Source: an uncultured bacterium
GTDB lineage: Bacteria; Zixibacteria; MSB-5A5; GN15; FEB-12
Direction of reading: 5' to 3'
Assembly: GCA_965372795.1 (NCBI GenBank)
Contig: CBDVDR010000015.1
Coordinates: 21,898 to 85,897 of the forward strand
DNA length: 64,000 bases
Shown here piece by piece: positions 37,761-47,731 of this stretch; the stretch's first letter is position 1, and each line of letters begins with the position of its first letter. The translations under genes were made by a program, and so were the position numbers. The notes below the pieces were generated by a model. The model was given only the letters and a program-made list of their open reading frames with translations, was not told the DNA's origin and did no database searches.

Positions 37761-39331
37761 TGAAGACCTTTTTAATAATTCGATTCAGTTCTTTAGGCGA
37801 TATTATTCTGACATCAGCTTTTGTCACGAATCTAAGAGCAAATTACCCATCAAGTAAAATTGTATTCTTAACCAAAGAAAAATTTATTCCATTGGTGAAA
37901 ATGATTGAAGGGGTCGATGAGATCAGAACGATTCCTGATAAAATCGGCAGTTTTACATATTATAAATTTCTACTTGAGTTGGACAAAGAAAATTTTGAAG
38001 CTGTTTATGATCTTCATGGGAATTTCAGAAGCTGGCTCGCCAGAAAAATGGTCACCGCCTCACAAACATATGTCTATCCCAAAAGAAGGATGGAACGAAT
38101 AAATATTGTTAAGCAGAAAAAAATTCCCGAAACATTCCCTCATACGATTGATCTTTATAATGACTGTATCAAACATCAGGGTGGAAAAGTTTATTGCCAA
38201 AGACCGGTATTAAAAACAGAGGTCGGTAAAAGATCTATTGATCTTCTAAAAGAAAAGAAGCATCCGTTGGTTGTGCTTGTTCCCGGGGCAGCCCATAAAA
38301 CAAAACAATACCCTATTGAAAATTTCGGTCTTATTGCAAAAGCTATTTATGATAAGTATAATTGTACAATCATATGGGCAGCCACCTCAGATGAGGGGAA
38401 TAGCTTTCATATTGAAGATTCAATCCCAGCGAAGGCTTTAATTAAACTTGTCGATTATCCCATAAAAGAATTAGCCTATTTAATTTCACAATCAGACCTG
38501 ACCATCAGCAACGATTCCGGCGTGATGCATCTTTCATCATCGGTTGGCACTCCTACCGTGGCAATTTTCGGTCCGACTCATCCGGCATTGGGTTTTTCAC
38601 CGAGAGGTCTGCAGGATCAGGTTGTACAGGTTGATGAAAAATGCCGTCCCTGTTCGTTGCACGGCAAAAAAGAATGTTACCGCGAGCAAAGATACTGTTT
38701 TAACCGGATTAGCCCTGAGATGGTCATTGAAAGAACAGAACCGATTTTAAACAAAAACATCTCAGTCAGCAAAGCTGTTTTCATTGACCGCGATGGTACC
38801 ATTATCAAAGATAAACATTTTCTGTCTGATCCTGATCAGCTTGAATTAATTGATGGCGCTATCGAAGGACTGAAAATCCTGAAGGAATTAGATTACAAAA
38901 TTGTCATTGTTTCAAATCAGTCCGGGGTAGCAAGAGGATATTTTGATTTGGATACGGTAGAGAAAGTCAATAACCGATTGATTGAGCTCCTCGAAACTGC
39001 AGGGATTGATATTGACGGTTTATATTATTGCCCTCATTATCCGGGTGGGAAAGTTGATGGATTTAATGAAATCTGTAATTGCCGCAAACCATCACCGGGA
39101 ATGCCTGAGGAGGCGGCTGTTCAATTGAACCTTGATCTGCGACAATCAATCGTGATCGGTGATAAAATTGATGATTGGAGTTTGGGCAAAGTGATCGGGG
39201 CAGAATCTTTTCTGGTCCGAACCGGCTATGGGGCAGAGTCTGAAAAAAAACTTTCTGAAAAGTATCGAGGCAATATATATAATAATCTCTTGGATGTGTG
39301 CCGGCAAATCGAACGTCAGAAATTTAAATAA
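37760..39331 (+). CDS. Fusion of GT9 LPS heptosyltransferase (WaaF-like) and heptose 1,7-bisphosphate phosphatase (GmhB-like)
   Basis: N-terminal IRFSSLGDI...PGA...SNDSGVMH...IFGPT; C-terminal FIDRDGT...SNQSGVARG...YYCPH...CNCRKP.PGM...IGD. Confidence 0.92.
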   Translation: MKTFLIIRFSSLGDIILTSAFVTNLRANYPSSKIVFLTKEKFIPLVKMIEGVDEIRTIPDKIGSFTYYKFLLELDKENFEAVYDLHGNFRSWLARKMVTASQTYVYPKRRMERINIVKQKKIPETFPHTIDLYNDCIKHQGGKVYCQRPVLKTEVGKRSIDLLKEKKHPLVVLVPGAAHKTKQYPIENFGLIAKAIYDKYNCTIIWAATSDEGNSFHIEDSIPAKALIKLVDYPIKELAYLISQSDLTISNDSGVMHLSSSVGTPTVAIFGPTHPALGFSPRGLQDQVVQVDEKCRPCSLHGKKECYREQRYCFNRISPEMVIERTEPILNKNISVSKAVFIDRDGTIIKDKHFLSDPDQLELIDGAIEGLKILKELDYKIVIVSNQSGVARGYFDLDTVEKVNNRLIELLETAGIDIDGLYYCPHYPGGKVDGFNEICNCRKPSPGMPEEAAVQLNLDLRQSIVIGDKIDDWSLGKVIGAESFLVRTGYGAESEKKLSEKYRGNIYNNLLDVCRQIERQKFK

Positions 39332-39368
39332 TCTTTAAATCAAACGTATCACCTACGGAAGTAATGAT

Positions 39369-40355
39369 ATGATTAAAGAAGCATCATTTTATAGAAAAAC
39401 AAATAATTCAGTTATCTGTGAATTATGTCCGGCCGACTGTGTCCTCTCCGAGGGAAAAACAGGAATATGCGGATGCCGGAAAAATGAGAACGGAATTTTA
39501 GTCACTGACAATTATGGTGAACTGGTAACTCTTGCAATTGATCCGATTGAAAAAAAACCACTGTATCATTTTCATCCCGGAACCAGGATTCTTTCAACCG
39601 GAGCTAACGGCTGTAATCTGAGTTGCCTTAATTGTCAAAACTGGAAGATCTCTCAGGAGAAAACTAATACTGAATTTATGACCCCGGAGGGTCTCTTGGA
39701 TACCGCTATTTCACGCAACTCGGTTGGCGTAGCTTTTACATACACCGAACCGATGATCTGGTATGAATATATCGTTGATTGCGCCAAACTTCTCAGAGCC
39801 TCGAATTTGAAAGTTGTTCTTGTCTCAAACGGTTATATCAACCAGAAACCGTTAGAGCAGTTGATCGGTTACATTGATGCCATCAATGTTGACTTAAAAT
39901 CAATCAGACCTGAATTTTACACAAAGGTTTGCAAAGGCAACCTTCAAACAGTTCTGAACAGTATTAAAATATTATCAGAATCTGATGTTCATCTTGAAGT
40001 AACGAATTTAATTGTCCCGGGCAAAAATGACACTGATGAAGAATTTAATGATCTTACTGATTTTATTGCATCACTATCGGATAATATCCCGTTACATCTC
40101 TCAGCCTTCCACCCAGACTATAAAATGGACGCACCGGCGACTTCGGTTGAAATTATGTCGAAGGCATACCAAATTGCCAGAGAAAAATTGAAATATGTTT
40201 TTGTAGGGAATATAAATATTCCTGATAGTAAAAATTCAATCTGCCCGAACTGTGATACGGTTTTGATCGAAAGAGAGTTCTATCAAACCAGGATAGTCAA
40301 TTTGGAAAAGGGGAAATGTTTAAATTGTAATTTTGAGACTGGCATTGTACAATAG
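39369..40355 (+). CDS. AmmeMemoRadiSam system radical SAM enzyme (PFL-activase-like)
   Basis: CELCP..C...G.CGCR, DPIEKKPLYHFHPG, GCNLSCLNCQNWKISQ, AFTYTEP. Confidence 0.92.
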   Translation: MIKEASFYRKTNNSVICELCPADCVLSEGKTGICGCRKNENGILVTDNYGELVTLAIDPIEKKPLYHFHPGTRILSTGANGCNLSCLNCQNWKISQEKTNTEFMTPEGLLDTAISRNSVGVAFTYTEPMIWYEYIVDCAKLLRASNLKVVLVSNGYINQKPLEQLIGYIDAINVDLKSIRPEFYTKVCKGNLQTVLNSIKILSESDVHLEVTNLIVPGKNDTDEEFNDLTDFIASLSDNIPLHLSAFHPDYKMDAPATSVEIMSKAYQIAREKLKYVFVGNINIPDSKNSICPNCDTVLIEREFYQTRIVNLEKGKCLNCNFETGIVQ

Positions 40356-40500
40356 TTGTGAAAAGAAGTATTATTCCGATAATATCAGTATAATAGCAAT
40401 AGTTGTGGATAAAAGGGAACTATAACCGTCTTAAAGTATGTTAAATATTTAGCCGCCGTTTAATGCAAATTTTTTATGTATTGAAGTTGTTGTAATAATT

Positions 40501-43287
40501 ATGTACAAAAAAATAACTCTAATAGCTGCTTTTATTCTGCTGACAATCCCATTGGCAGCCAACGGGCAATTCTATTTTGGAAAAAATAAAGTACAATATA
40601 CCAATTTTGACTGGAAAGTGATGGAGACTGATCATTTCCGGATTTATTTTTATGAAGAAGAAACCGAAATTGCAAAAATAGCAGCGGAACTTGCAGAGGA
40701 ATCATATCGTTATTTATCTGTAAAATTTAATTTCGAAATCCTAAAGAAAACCCCTCTGATAATTTATTCATCGCCGAGTTATTTTACTCAAACTAATGTT
40801 ATCCCCGGTCTGCTGCCGGAATCTGTGGCTGGGTTCACAGAATTTATGAAGGGGCGCGTAGTCGTACCATTTCACGGATCATATTATGATTTTGCTCATG
40901 TTATTCGCCATGAGATAGTTCATGTTTTTACTATTGCCAAGTTGGATGAAGTTTTTTCATACCACAGCCGGATGAAATTTTTCTATCCGCCCCTTTGGTT
41001 TACCGAGGGACTGGCGGAGTATTGGTCAAAAGACTGGGACTCAGAAGCAGATATGGTCGTCGGTGACATGGTTGTAAACAATCGCTTGTTTTCAATTCCA
41101 AAGATGTATCAAATTCGGGGCACTTACTATATGTATAAGCTGGGTGAATCTATCTGTCATTTTATTGATTCAACTTATGGGGCTGATAAAATATCTAAAA
41201 TTTTTGAAAACTGGCCTAAAGGGAAAAATTTTGATCAGATTATCTATATAACGCTGGGCGATAGTCTGCATGTACTCTCAAAAAAATGGGAATATGCTCT
41301 TAAAAAAAGATATTATCCCGAACTCGAAAAACTCGGTTTGCCGGATATGGAATCTAAACGTTTGAGCGGTGATGGATACGCGGTCAAAGGAGTTCCAATT
41401 CGGTGGGATGATGGTAATGGTGCGCGCGATTGGGTTGTATTTAAAGCCAACCTGATGGGATATTCCGGTATTTATATTCGTCCGGTTATCGGTACCAAGA
41501 AAGATATTAAAACTCTGATAAAGGCGGGCAGGTCCTCTAACTATGAAACCCTTTATCTCCTTCGGTCCGGTATTGATGCTACTGATTCGGGTTTAGTGGT
41601 CTTCTCTTCAAAATCAAAAGAGATGGATGTCATATATATTTATGATTTAAATAAGGGTGAAGTTACTCATCGTTATGAATTTGAAGAGCTGGTAGCATCC
41701 CGTTCACCTCGTTTTTCTCCGGATAGCAAAAAGATTTTATTCTCAGGAATCCGCAAAAGCGGGTACGCCGATTTATATTTGTTGGATTTGACTGACGGAA
41801 CCTACGAGACGATTACCAATGATATTTATTATGAAACTGATCCCGGGTTTACTGATAATCCCGATGAAATTATTTTTGCTTCCGACCGCATCAGTGACGG
41901 GTATCTCGGTGCGACCAATCTTTTTAAATTAAATATCACCACGAGCCAGTTAACCCAGTTGACGTTTGGAAGTTTCAAAGATCAATCTCCTGAATTTACA
42001 AAATACGGCATTTATTTCTCTTCTAATCGAAATAACAATTTTAATTTGTTCCTCCTTGATAATGATGGAAAATTAAGTCAACAGTCATCATATGTTACCG
42101 GAGCTTTCACACCCAAATTATCTTCAGATGGAAAAAAACTGACCTTTACCGGCTATCAAAATATGGGTTTCAAAGTTTATCAGATGGATATTATTGATGA
42201 GCCATTGGAAGTAGTTCAAACCCTTCCTCCCAAAACCCCGGTATGGCTGCCAAAAAAAATTGAAGAGAAAATCAGCAACAGTTCAATATCCTATGATACT
42301 GAATATTCTTTTGATATTGCCCAGTCGTCGATAGGTTATGATCCGGTCTACGGATCAATCGGAGGGATCCAGGCGGCTGTGTCAGATATCCTCGGCAATA
42401 AATCTTTGTACTTCCTGTTAACTAACACCGCCAGAACCAAAGACGAATTTCTTGAGTCTTTTAATTTTGGGATGACATATATTAATCGGGGGAAAAGAGT
42501 CAATTGGGGTTTGGGGGTATACCATCTTTATAACGAATATTTTAATGACTTTGATTTTTATTTTACCGAACGCCAGATAGGAGTTATTGGTCTTATAAAC
42601 TATCCGATTTCTAAGTTCCACCGTCTCGATTTTACAACGCTGGCAAGGTATTCTGATAAACGGCGGTTTTTTGGAATTGTAAGAAGAGAAGCCTTTTTAA
42701 TCAGTAATTTTGTGAGCTGGGTATATGATAACAGTCTCTGGGATATAGCCGGTCCCATTGAAGGACGCAGGTATAATTTCACCCTGGGCACAACAACAGC
42801 GATTGATCATAAATATAACTATAAAATTTTCAACCGGATGGCAATGGCGGATATTCGACATTATTTCAGATTAGGCATGTTCTCAGCTTTTGCCAATAGA
42901 TTATTTGCCTATTCATCATCCGGGAAAGAACCCGACCGGATTTATTTCGGGGGGAGTTGGTCATTTCGTGGATTTGACCGCCGACATTTTTACAATCGTA
43001 ACGTTCTGTTCGTGTCAAACGAATTGAGATTTCCTCTTATGGATAATTTGTTACTCGGTTTCCGTTTTGGCGGTTTAGGATTTAGAGCAATCAGGGGTGT
43101 TTTGTTCTTTGATGCCGGGTCTGCCTGGGATGATAATTATGATAAATTCCTTGGTTCTTTTGGAGCAGGCTTTCGGGTACCGCTGGCTCGATTTATAATA
43201 TTACGATTTGACTTTACAAAAACGACTGACTTTGAAAAAATAAATCCTAAAACCAATTTTGAATTTTTCTTCGGATGGAATTTTTAA
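40501..43287 (+). CDS. Omp85/BamA-family barrel with N-terminal metallopeptidase (MA/gluzincin) and PD40/WD40 propeller domains
   Basis: QFYFGKNKVQY; HEIVH and WFTEGLAEY; PRFSPD and PKLSSDGKKLTF repeats; FRGF, ELRFP, LFFDAGSAW, LRFDF, C-terminal FFFGWNF. Confidence 0.88.
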   Translation: MYKKITLIAAFILLTIPLAANGQFYFGKNKVQYTNFDWKVMETDHFRIYFYEEETEIAKIAAELAEESYRYLSVKFNFEILKKTPLIIYSSPSYFTQTNVIPGLLPESVAGFTEFMKGRVVVPFHGSYYDFAHVIRHEIVHVFTIAKLDEVFSYHSRMKFFYPPLWFTEGLAEYWSKDWDSEADMVVGDMVVNNRLFSIPKMYQIRGTYYMYKLGESICHFIDSTYGADKISKIFENWPKGKNFDQIIYITLGDSLHVLSKKWEYALKKRYYPELEKLGLPDMESKRLSGDGYAVKGVPIRWDDGNGARDWVVFKANLMGYSGIYIRPVIGTKKDIKTLIKAGRSSNYETLYLLRSGIDATDSGLVVFSSKSKEMDVIYIYDLNKGEVTHRYEFEELVASRSPRFSPDSKKILFSGIRKSGYADLYLLDLTDGTYETITNDIYYETDPGFTDNPDEIIFASDRISDGYLGATNLFKLNITTSQLTQLTFGSFKDQSPEFTKYGIYFSSNRNNNFNLFLLDNDGKLSQQSSYVTGAFTPKLSSDGKKLTFTGYQNMGFKVYQMDIIDEPLEVVQTLPPKTPVWLPKKIEEKISNSSISYDTEYSFDIAQSSIGYDPVYGSIGGIQAAVSDILGNKSLYFLLTNTARTKDEFLESFNFGMTYINRGKRVNWGLGVYHLYNEYFNDFDFYFTERQIGVIGLINYPISKFHRLDFTTLARYSDKRRFFGIVRREAFLISNFVSWVYDNSLWDIAGPIEGRRYNFTLGTTTAIDHKYNYKIFNRMAMADIRHYFRLGMFSAFANRLFAYSSSGKEPDRIYFGGSWSFRGFDRRHFYNRNVLFVSNELRFPLMDNLLLGFRFGGLGFRAIRGVLFFDAGSAWDDNYDKFLGSFGAGFRVPLARFIILRFDFTKTTDFEKINPKTNFEFFFGWNF

Positions 43288-44456
43288 TGAAATATTTTGA
43301 TTTAAAAATCTCGACTTTGATGGCTATCCTGGTTTTGCTACTCTTAGCAGGATGCGGAAAAAAATTCAAGCTAGGTTATGAAGCAAAAAATCGAAGCTCC
43401 GAATGGCCGTTTTCTCAAGCAGATCTAAGAAACAGCAATTCAATAAAATCAGGGCTGTTTAGCGGGAAACTAAAAATTCTTTGGAAAAAAAATGCTCATG
43501 ACAAACTGACCGGACCAATGACTTTAACTTATGGTTATATCATCTATCCCGGAGCGAGAAGAAAAATAAGATTTTATGATAAAAATACCGGTACATATAT
43601 GGGCCGATGGAAAGCTAAGGGATTTTCACCGACCGGCATGGTTTTAACAGAATCCAAAGGCTTTTTTGCCTTATCTCCACCCAGAAACCGCCTCGAAGCA
43701 ATTGATCTCAGCAAGGGCACACAGCTTTGGAAAATTCCCTTAAGGGATGCCACAACTGGGTCGATAATAGTAAATGACCGTCTTATAGTAAGTTCAACCG
43801 TCGGAAGAGTTAGTGCTCATTCGCTTGAGGATGGTGAGTTGATATGGAAGTTTAACTGCGGCAGCAGTTTAACTTCGCAACCATCAGTCATGGGCAAAAG
43901 ACTTTTCCAGACAACTGATAATGGACAAATTATTTGTCTTTTACTTGAAGACGGAAATGAAATTTATCGAACGGAAATTGGCAGCCCGATTCTCAGTTCG
44001 GCTGCTGTGGAGAAGCTTTTGCATTGTTGTGATATGACCGGAAATGTCTTTGGTATTAATCCTGATAATGGTGAAATTATCTGGAAGAAAAACCTTGGGA
44101 AGCCAATTTGGAGCTCGCCCGCGGTCACTGATGAAGATTTGTTTGTAAGCAATAGTGCCGGAGTATTAACGGCTTTGAATGCTTCAACGGGTCAAATTAA
44201 GTGGGAATTTGACACCGGTGAAGTTATCAAAGTGTCCCCGATTGTTGTTGATGATTATGTGATAATTGCCACGATGCGTGGAAACATTTTTTCATTAACT
44301 ACCCGGGATGGCAACCTTGTCGATAAGCAAGAGCTAAACGAGCCGGTTGCTTTTTCTCCTATATCCGATGGTAAATCTGTTTTTGTAGCAACACAAAAAG
44401 GATCAATTGTCAGTTTGGGAGAGATGAATGTATCAATCAGCGAAAACAGTAACTGA
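43287..44456 (+). CDS. PQQ-type beta-propeller lipoprotein (BamB-like)
   Basis: LLAGC lipobox; repeated G..IWK motifs (GTQLWK, GELIWKF, GEIIWKK, GQIKWEF); ATG overlaps the upstream TAA. Confidence 0.85.
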   Translation: MKYFDLKISTLMAILVLLLLAGCGKKFKLGYEAKNRSSEWPFSQADLRNSNSIKSGLFSGKLKILWKKNAHDKLTGPMTLTYGYIIYPGARRKIRFYDKNTGTYMGRWKAKGFSPTGMVLTESKGFFALSPPRNRLEAIDLSKGTQLWKIPLRDATTGSIIVNDRLIVSSTVGRVSAHSLEDGELIWKFNCGSSLTSQPSVMGKRLFQTTDNGQIICLLLEDGNEIYRTEIGSPILSSAAVEKLLHCCDMTGNVFGINPDNGEIIWKKNLGKPIWSSPAVTDEDLFVSNSAGVLTALNASTGQIKWEFDTGEVIKVSPIVVDDYVIIATMRGNIFSLTTRDGNLVDKQELNEPVAFSPISDGKSVFVATQKGSIVSLGEMNVSISENSN

Positions 44457-46656
44457 ATCTACTTTAAACCAAAATCTCAATGAACTTTCGCAATCACTGG
44501 TTCGTGAATTGGCGATGGCTGCCAAAAAAGTTGCCATTTATGGAACCGGTCATCCCGTCTCGGTTAGATCAATGGGCAAGCCTTTGCTGTATTTTAGCCG
44601 CTTATTTAATATCAAACGATACGTCAATATAAATATGTACAAAGGCGACTTGTATGTTTTAAATATCTCGCAGCCGGATAATATTTTTACAAAAGAGATA
44701 ATTAAATTTATGCAAATACAGGATGTTAAATCTATCCTGTTTGAAGAAGATATGTCCACCCGTGAGTTTACCGTATTTATCGATCACTTTGTAAAAAGAA
44801 CTAATATTTCAAATCATAATAATCAGCTGGGACCATATTTAAGATCTAACGGGATTAAATCAATCGAGGCAAATTCTGAAAAGGGATTCAACTTTTTTGA
44901 ATCGAATCGTCAATATCGAGGGGATGTTGACGGCGATTTCTCAGTTCGTAATTTTGCTCTGGATCAATTAAGTCAGGATATTCAGGTATTATCTGAAATA
45001 AATTCAAAAGGAATAACATTACTTGAAAAATATCAGATAGATTTTCATGCGGATATTATTGAGTATATCCTGCCAGAAAAAATTGCTTCAATTGATTCAG
45101 AGAAAATCATAGGCAAATTTAATAAATTAAATCGAGGCAGTGAAAATCGTGAAAACAGTGGAAACCTAAAAGAAGACGAACTTAGTCAAGTTGATGTCCA
45201 GTCATTGATAAGTCTTTTAGAATTCCATCCTGATAAAGAAAATATTGTAGAGTCTCTTGATTCTGATATTGATCAGCTGGTACCTCAGCAAGGACTTTTG
45301 AATAAATTTGATCCCTTGCCCTCTGAAATAAAAGCCACTGCCCAAGCAAATTCAGAAAGTATTCTGGATAAAATCTTTAATGAAAGTATCATCGGCAACG
45401 AGTCAAATGAATTTCATTCTGCTTTTTTGAGACTGCTTAAAACCGGACAACAGGATAAAGCTGCTGAACGCATCGGGCAATTGATAGAATTTATGGGAGA
45501 TGTCAGATCTGATATCAGACAAAAAAGCATGAGCCTGTTAATTGACATCTTTGATTTATTGGGTACCGATGCTGATCAACCAGTTTTAGAGAGCGGCATT
45601 AGAACCCTCAACGTAAAACTGATTCAAAGACAGGAAACATTTGAGTACTCAGAAGTTCTCTGGCATGCATTTTTAAAAACCCTCAATACCAAGAGATATG
45701 ATCTTTGTGCAGATATGACCGCCGCCGCAGCCAAAAGAAAATATATTGAAAATGATGTAACTATTTTTGATTCTATGGCTGTCAAACAATTGTTTGCAAA
45801 TATTAATCGGAAAGAAATTCTCGACCGGATAATTGATAAATTACTTAATTCGGAATTTGAGGACGCTGTTCTGTTACGAAAAATTCTGATAAATATCGGC
45901 TCTGAAGAAGTTGCCATGGCTTTAACGAATATTATTTCGCATCCTGAAAGATCTGTAAGACAACAATCTTTGAAAATATTGTCCGAGCTTGGCAAGTCGG
46001 CTCTAAAAGTTTGTTCACAGGTATTGATGGATGATTCACATTTTGAACGAGATGACGGAAGACACGAACTTCCCGATTATAGCTGGTATATCATCAGGAA
46101 TGCGATTTTTGTGATTGGTCAGCTCAAAGATGAAAATGGCGTCCTGCCCTTAAGGTTTAGAATTACCGATCAGGATGTCCGAATAAGGCGCGAAATTATA
46201 ACTTCTTTAGAAAAAATCGGCGGCGAAGATGCTTGTGATATTCTGATTCTCATGATCGACGACCCGATTCGTGAAATTGTTGAACGTGCAATAATTACAA
46301 TCAGTTTAATCGGAACTCCTGATGTTGTCCCGTTAATGATTGATGTTGCCCGTAATGATTCTTCTATTTTAAAATTAATTATCACTGCCTTGGGTAAAAT
46401 AGGCGGAAAAGAAGCTGTCCATTTTCTCGGTGGTCTTCTTGAAGATGAAGATGAGCTAAACGCACTTGCCGGGGCTTCGCTTTCAAAAGAGGAAGTCAAA
46501 CTTGTAATTGTAAAAGCAATTGGAAACCTTGGTGACCTTGATGCTTTAAAAAAGGTTAAAGAACTTCAAAGCAATATGTCGACAACTCAAAAAATATTCT
46601 TTAAAAATTCCCCGGTTAACAAAGCAATCTCAGACATTCTCTCAAAACGAAAATAA
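44428..46656 (+). CDS. HEAT-repeat protein
   Basis: C-terminal HEAT/PBS-like units (VRQQSL.IL, IIRNAIFVIG, VRIRREII.SLEKIGG, IITALGKIGG); N-terminal AAKKVAIYG.GHP. Confidence 0.8.
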   Translation: MYQSAKTVTESTLNQNLNELSQSLVRELAMAAKKVAIYGTGHPVSVRSMGKPLLYFSRLFNIKRYVNINMYKGDLYVLNISQPDNIFTKEIIKFMQIQDVKSILFEEDMSTREFTVFIDHFVKRTNISNHNNQLGPYLRSNGIKSIEANSEKGFNFFESNRQYRGDVDGDFSVRNFALDQLSQDIQVLSEINSKGITLLEKYQIDFHADIIEYILPEKIASIDSEKIIGKFNKLNRGSENRENSGNLKEDELSQVDVQSLISLLEFHPDKENIVESLDSDIDQLVPQQGLLNKFDPLPSEIKATAQANSESILDKIFNESIIGNESNEFHSAFLRLLKTGQQDKAAERIGQLIEFMGDVRSDIRQKSMSLLIDIFDLLGTDADQPVLESGIRTLNVKLIQRQETFEYSEVLWHAFLKTLNTKRYDLCADMTAAAAKRKYIENDVTIFDSMAVKQLFANINRKEILDRIIDKLLNSEFEDAVLLRKILINIGSEEVAMALTNIISHPERSVRQQSLKILSELGKSALKVCSQVLMDDSHFERDDGRHELPDYSWYIIRNAIFVIGQLKDENGVLPLRFRITDQDVRIRREIITSLEKIGGEDACDILILMIDDPIREIVERAIITISLIGTPDVVPLMIDVARNDSSILKLIITALGKIGGKEAVHFLGGLLEDEDELNALAGASLSKEEVKLVIVKAIGNLGDLDALKKVKELQSNMSTTQKIFFKNSPVNKAISDILSKRK

Positions 46657-46660
46657 ACGA

Positions 46661-46738
46661 CTGCCAATTTGGCTGAGCAGTGCCTTAACGGCACAGCGAA
46701 GCTGCCGTTATGGCTTGTGTTGTGTGTCGTAATGGCAG
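46661..46738. promoter_or_regulatory. Four tandem TGYC-N5-GGCW boxes (putative activator sites)
   Basis: TGCCAATTTGGCT 46662, TGCCTTAACGGCA 46681, TGCCGTTATGGCT 46703, TGTCGTAATGGCA 46725. Confidence 0.65.
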
Positions 46739-46800
46739 GCTGACGAGTCTCGGATTATCGCAATATTACTATCCGTCTGATATATCATGAGTTAGGAAGT

Positions 46801-46816
46801 TTGGCACAGGATTTGT
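46801..46816 (+). promoter_or_regulatory. Sigma54-type promoter of hsp20
   Basis: TTGGCACAGGATTTGT: GG-N10-GT, one deviation at -12. Confidence 0.65.
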
Positions 46817-46867
46817 TTATATATTTATCAGAATGGATAACAAAACAACAATAAAAGGAGATTCAAA

Positions 46868-47296
46868 ATGAGAAACTTAGTTTTAAACCCAATTAGCTTT
46901 AGCCATGATATTGACGATTTTTTTAATTCATTTTTTAGCCCGAATTGCAAAGTTGACCATCAGGTTGGATTTGCTCCCAAGGTTAATATTCTGGAAAATA
47001 AAGACAATGTCACTTTGACGTTTGAACTTCCCGGAATGGAAAAAGGGGATATTAAAGTTCTGGTCGAAGACAACCAGTTAACTGTTTCGGGTGAGCGGAA
47101 ATTAAAAGATGAATCCGAAGAGGATAATCTGGTTCGCACTGAAATCAGAAACGGATCCTTTACACGGTCATTTACTCTTCCGGATTATGTTGATCCGACA
47201 AACATTCAGGCAGATTATAAAAATGGCTTATTGGAAATCGGGCTTCCGAAAAAAGAAGAGTCAAAACCGAAACAGATTGAAGTCTCGGTGAAATAA
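46868..47296 (+). CDS. Hsp20/alpha-crystallin small heat shock protein
   Basis: P.VNI.E...ELPGMEK.DI...LTVSGERK...GSFTRSFTLP...ADYKNGLLEI.LPK. Confidence 0.97.
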   Translation: MRNLVLNPISFSHDIDDFFNSFFSPNCKVDHQVGFAPKVNILENKDNVTLTFELPGMEKGDIKVLVEDNQLTVSGERKLKDESEEDNLVRTEIRNGSFTRSFTLPDYVDPTNIQADYKNGLLEIGLPKKEESKPKQIEVSVK

Positions 47297-47353
47297 ATTT
47301 CTTCCATCGGTATATAACAGTCCCCCAGTTACAACGGATGTAACAATAAAAAG

Positions 47354-47382
47354 AAGAGCCGGTTTATACGGCTCTTTTTTTT
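47354..47382 (+). terminator. Rho-independent terminator
   Basis: AAGAGCCG-GTTTATA-CGGCTCTTTTTTTT. Confidence 0.88.
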
Positions 47383-47446
47383 GATCTTACTTGAATTTAG
47401 ACGTTGGGTTAGTTAATCTATATCAACTTTAAGGATTGGTATAATT

Positions 47447-47731
47447 ATGGATGATCAAAAATTCGAGCGCCGAGGAAACGATATATATAGTTCGGTTACA
47501 ATTTCATTTAAGAACGCAATTTTGGGAACTCAGGTTGTTGTAAGCACCCTTACTAAAAAAGTTACTTTACGCATTCCACCGGGCATCCAGCCGGGGACAG
47601 TCATGCGTCTTAAAGGGCAGGGATTAGCAGTTGGGAGTTTGCAGGGAGATCTGTTTGTTAAAGTTGAAGTGACAATCCCCAATGAAATCACAGAGAAACA
47701 ACACCGGTTGTTAGATGAGTGGGATGAGTAA
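47447..47731 (+). CDS. Stand-alone DnaJ C-terminal domain (possibly a dnaJ/cbpA remnant)
   Basis: FERRGNDIY...ISF..AILG...V.TL...IPPG.QPG..MRLKGQG...GDL.V.V.V.IP; no J-domain or HPD. Confidence 0.8.
   Translation: MDDQKFERRGNDIYSSVTISFKNAILGTQVVVSTLTKKVTLRIPPGIQPGTVMRLKGQGLAVGSLQGDLFVKVEVTIPNEITEKQHRLLDEWDE

Noticed and set aside
40404..40412. Perfect DnaA box (TGTGGATAA) as an origin signal
   Set aside because: Single copy, no cluster, no dnaA context
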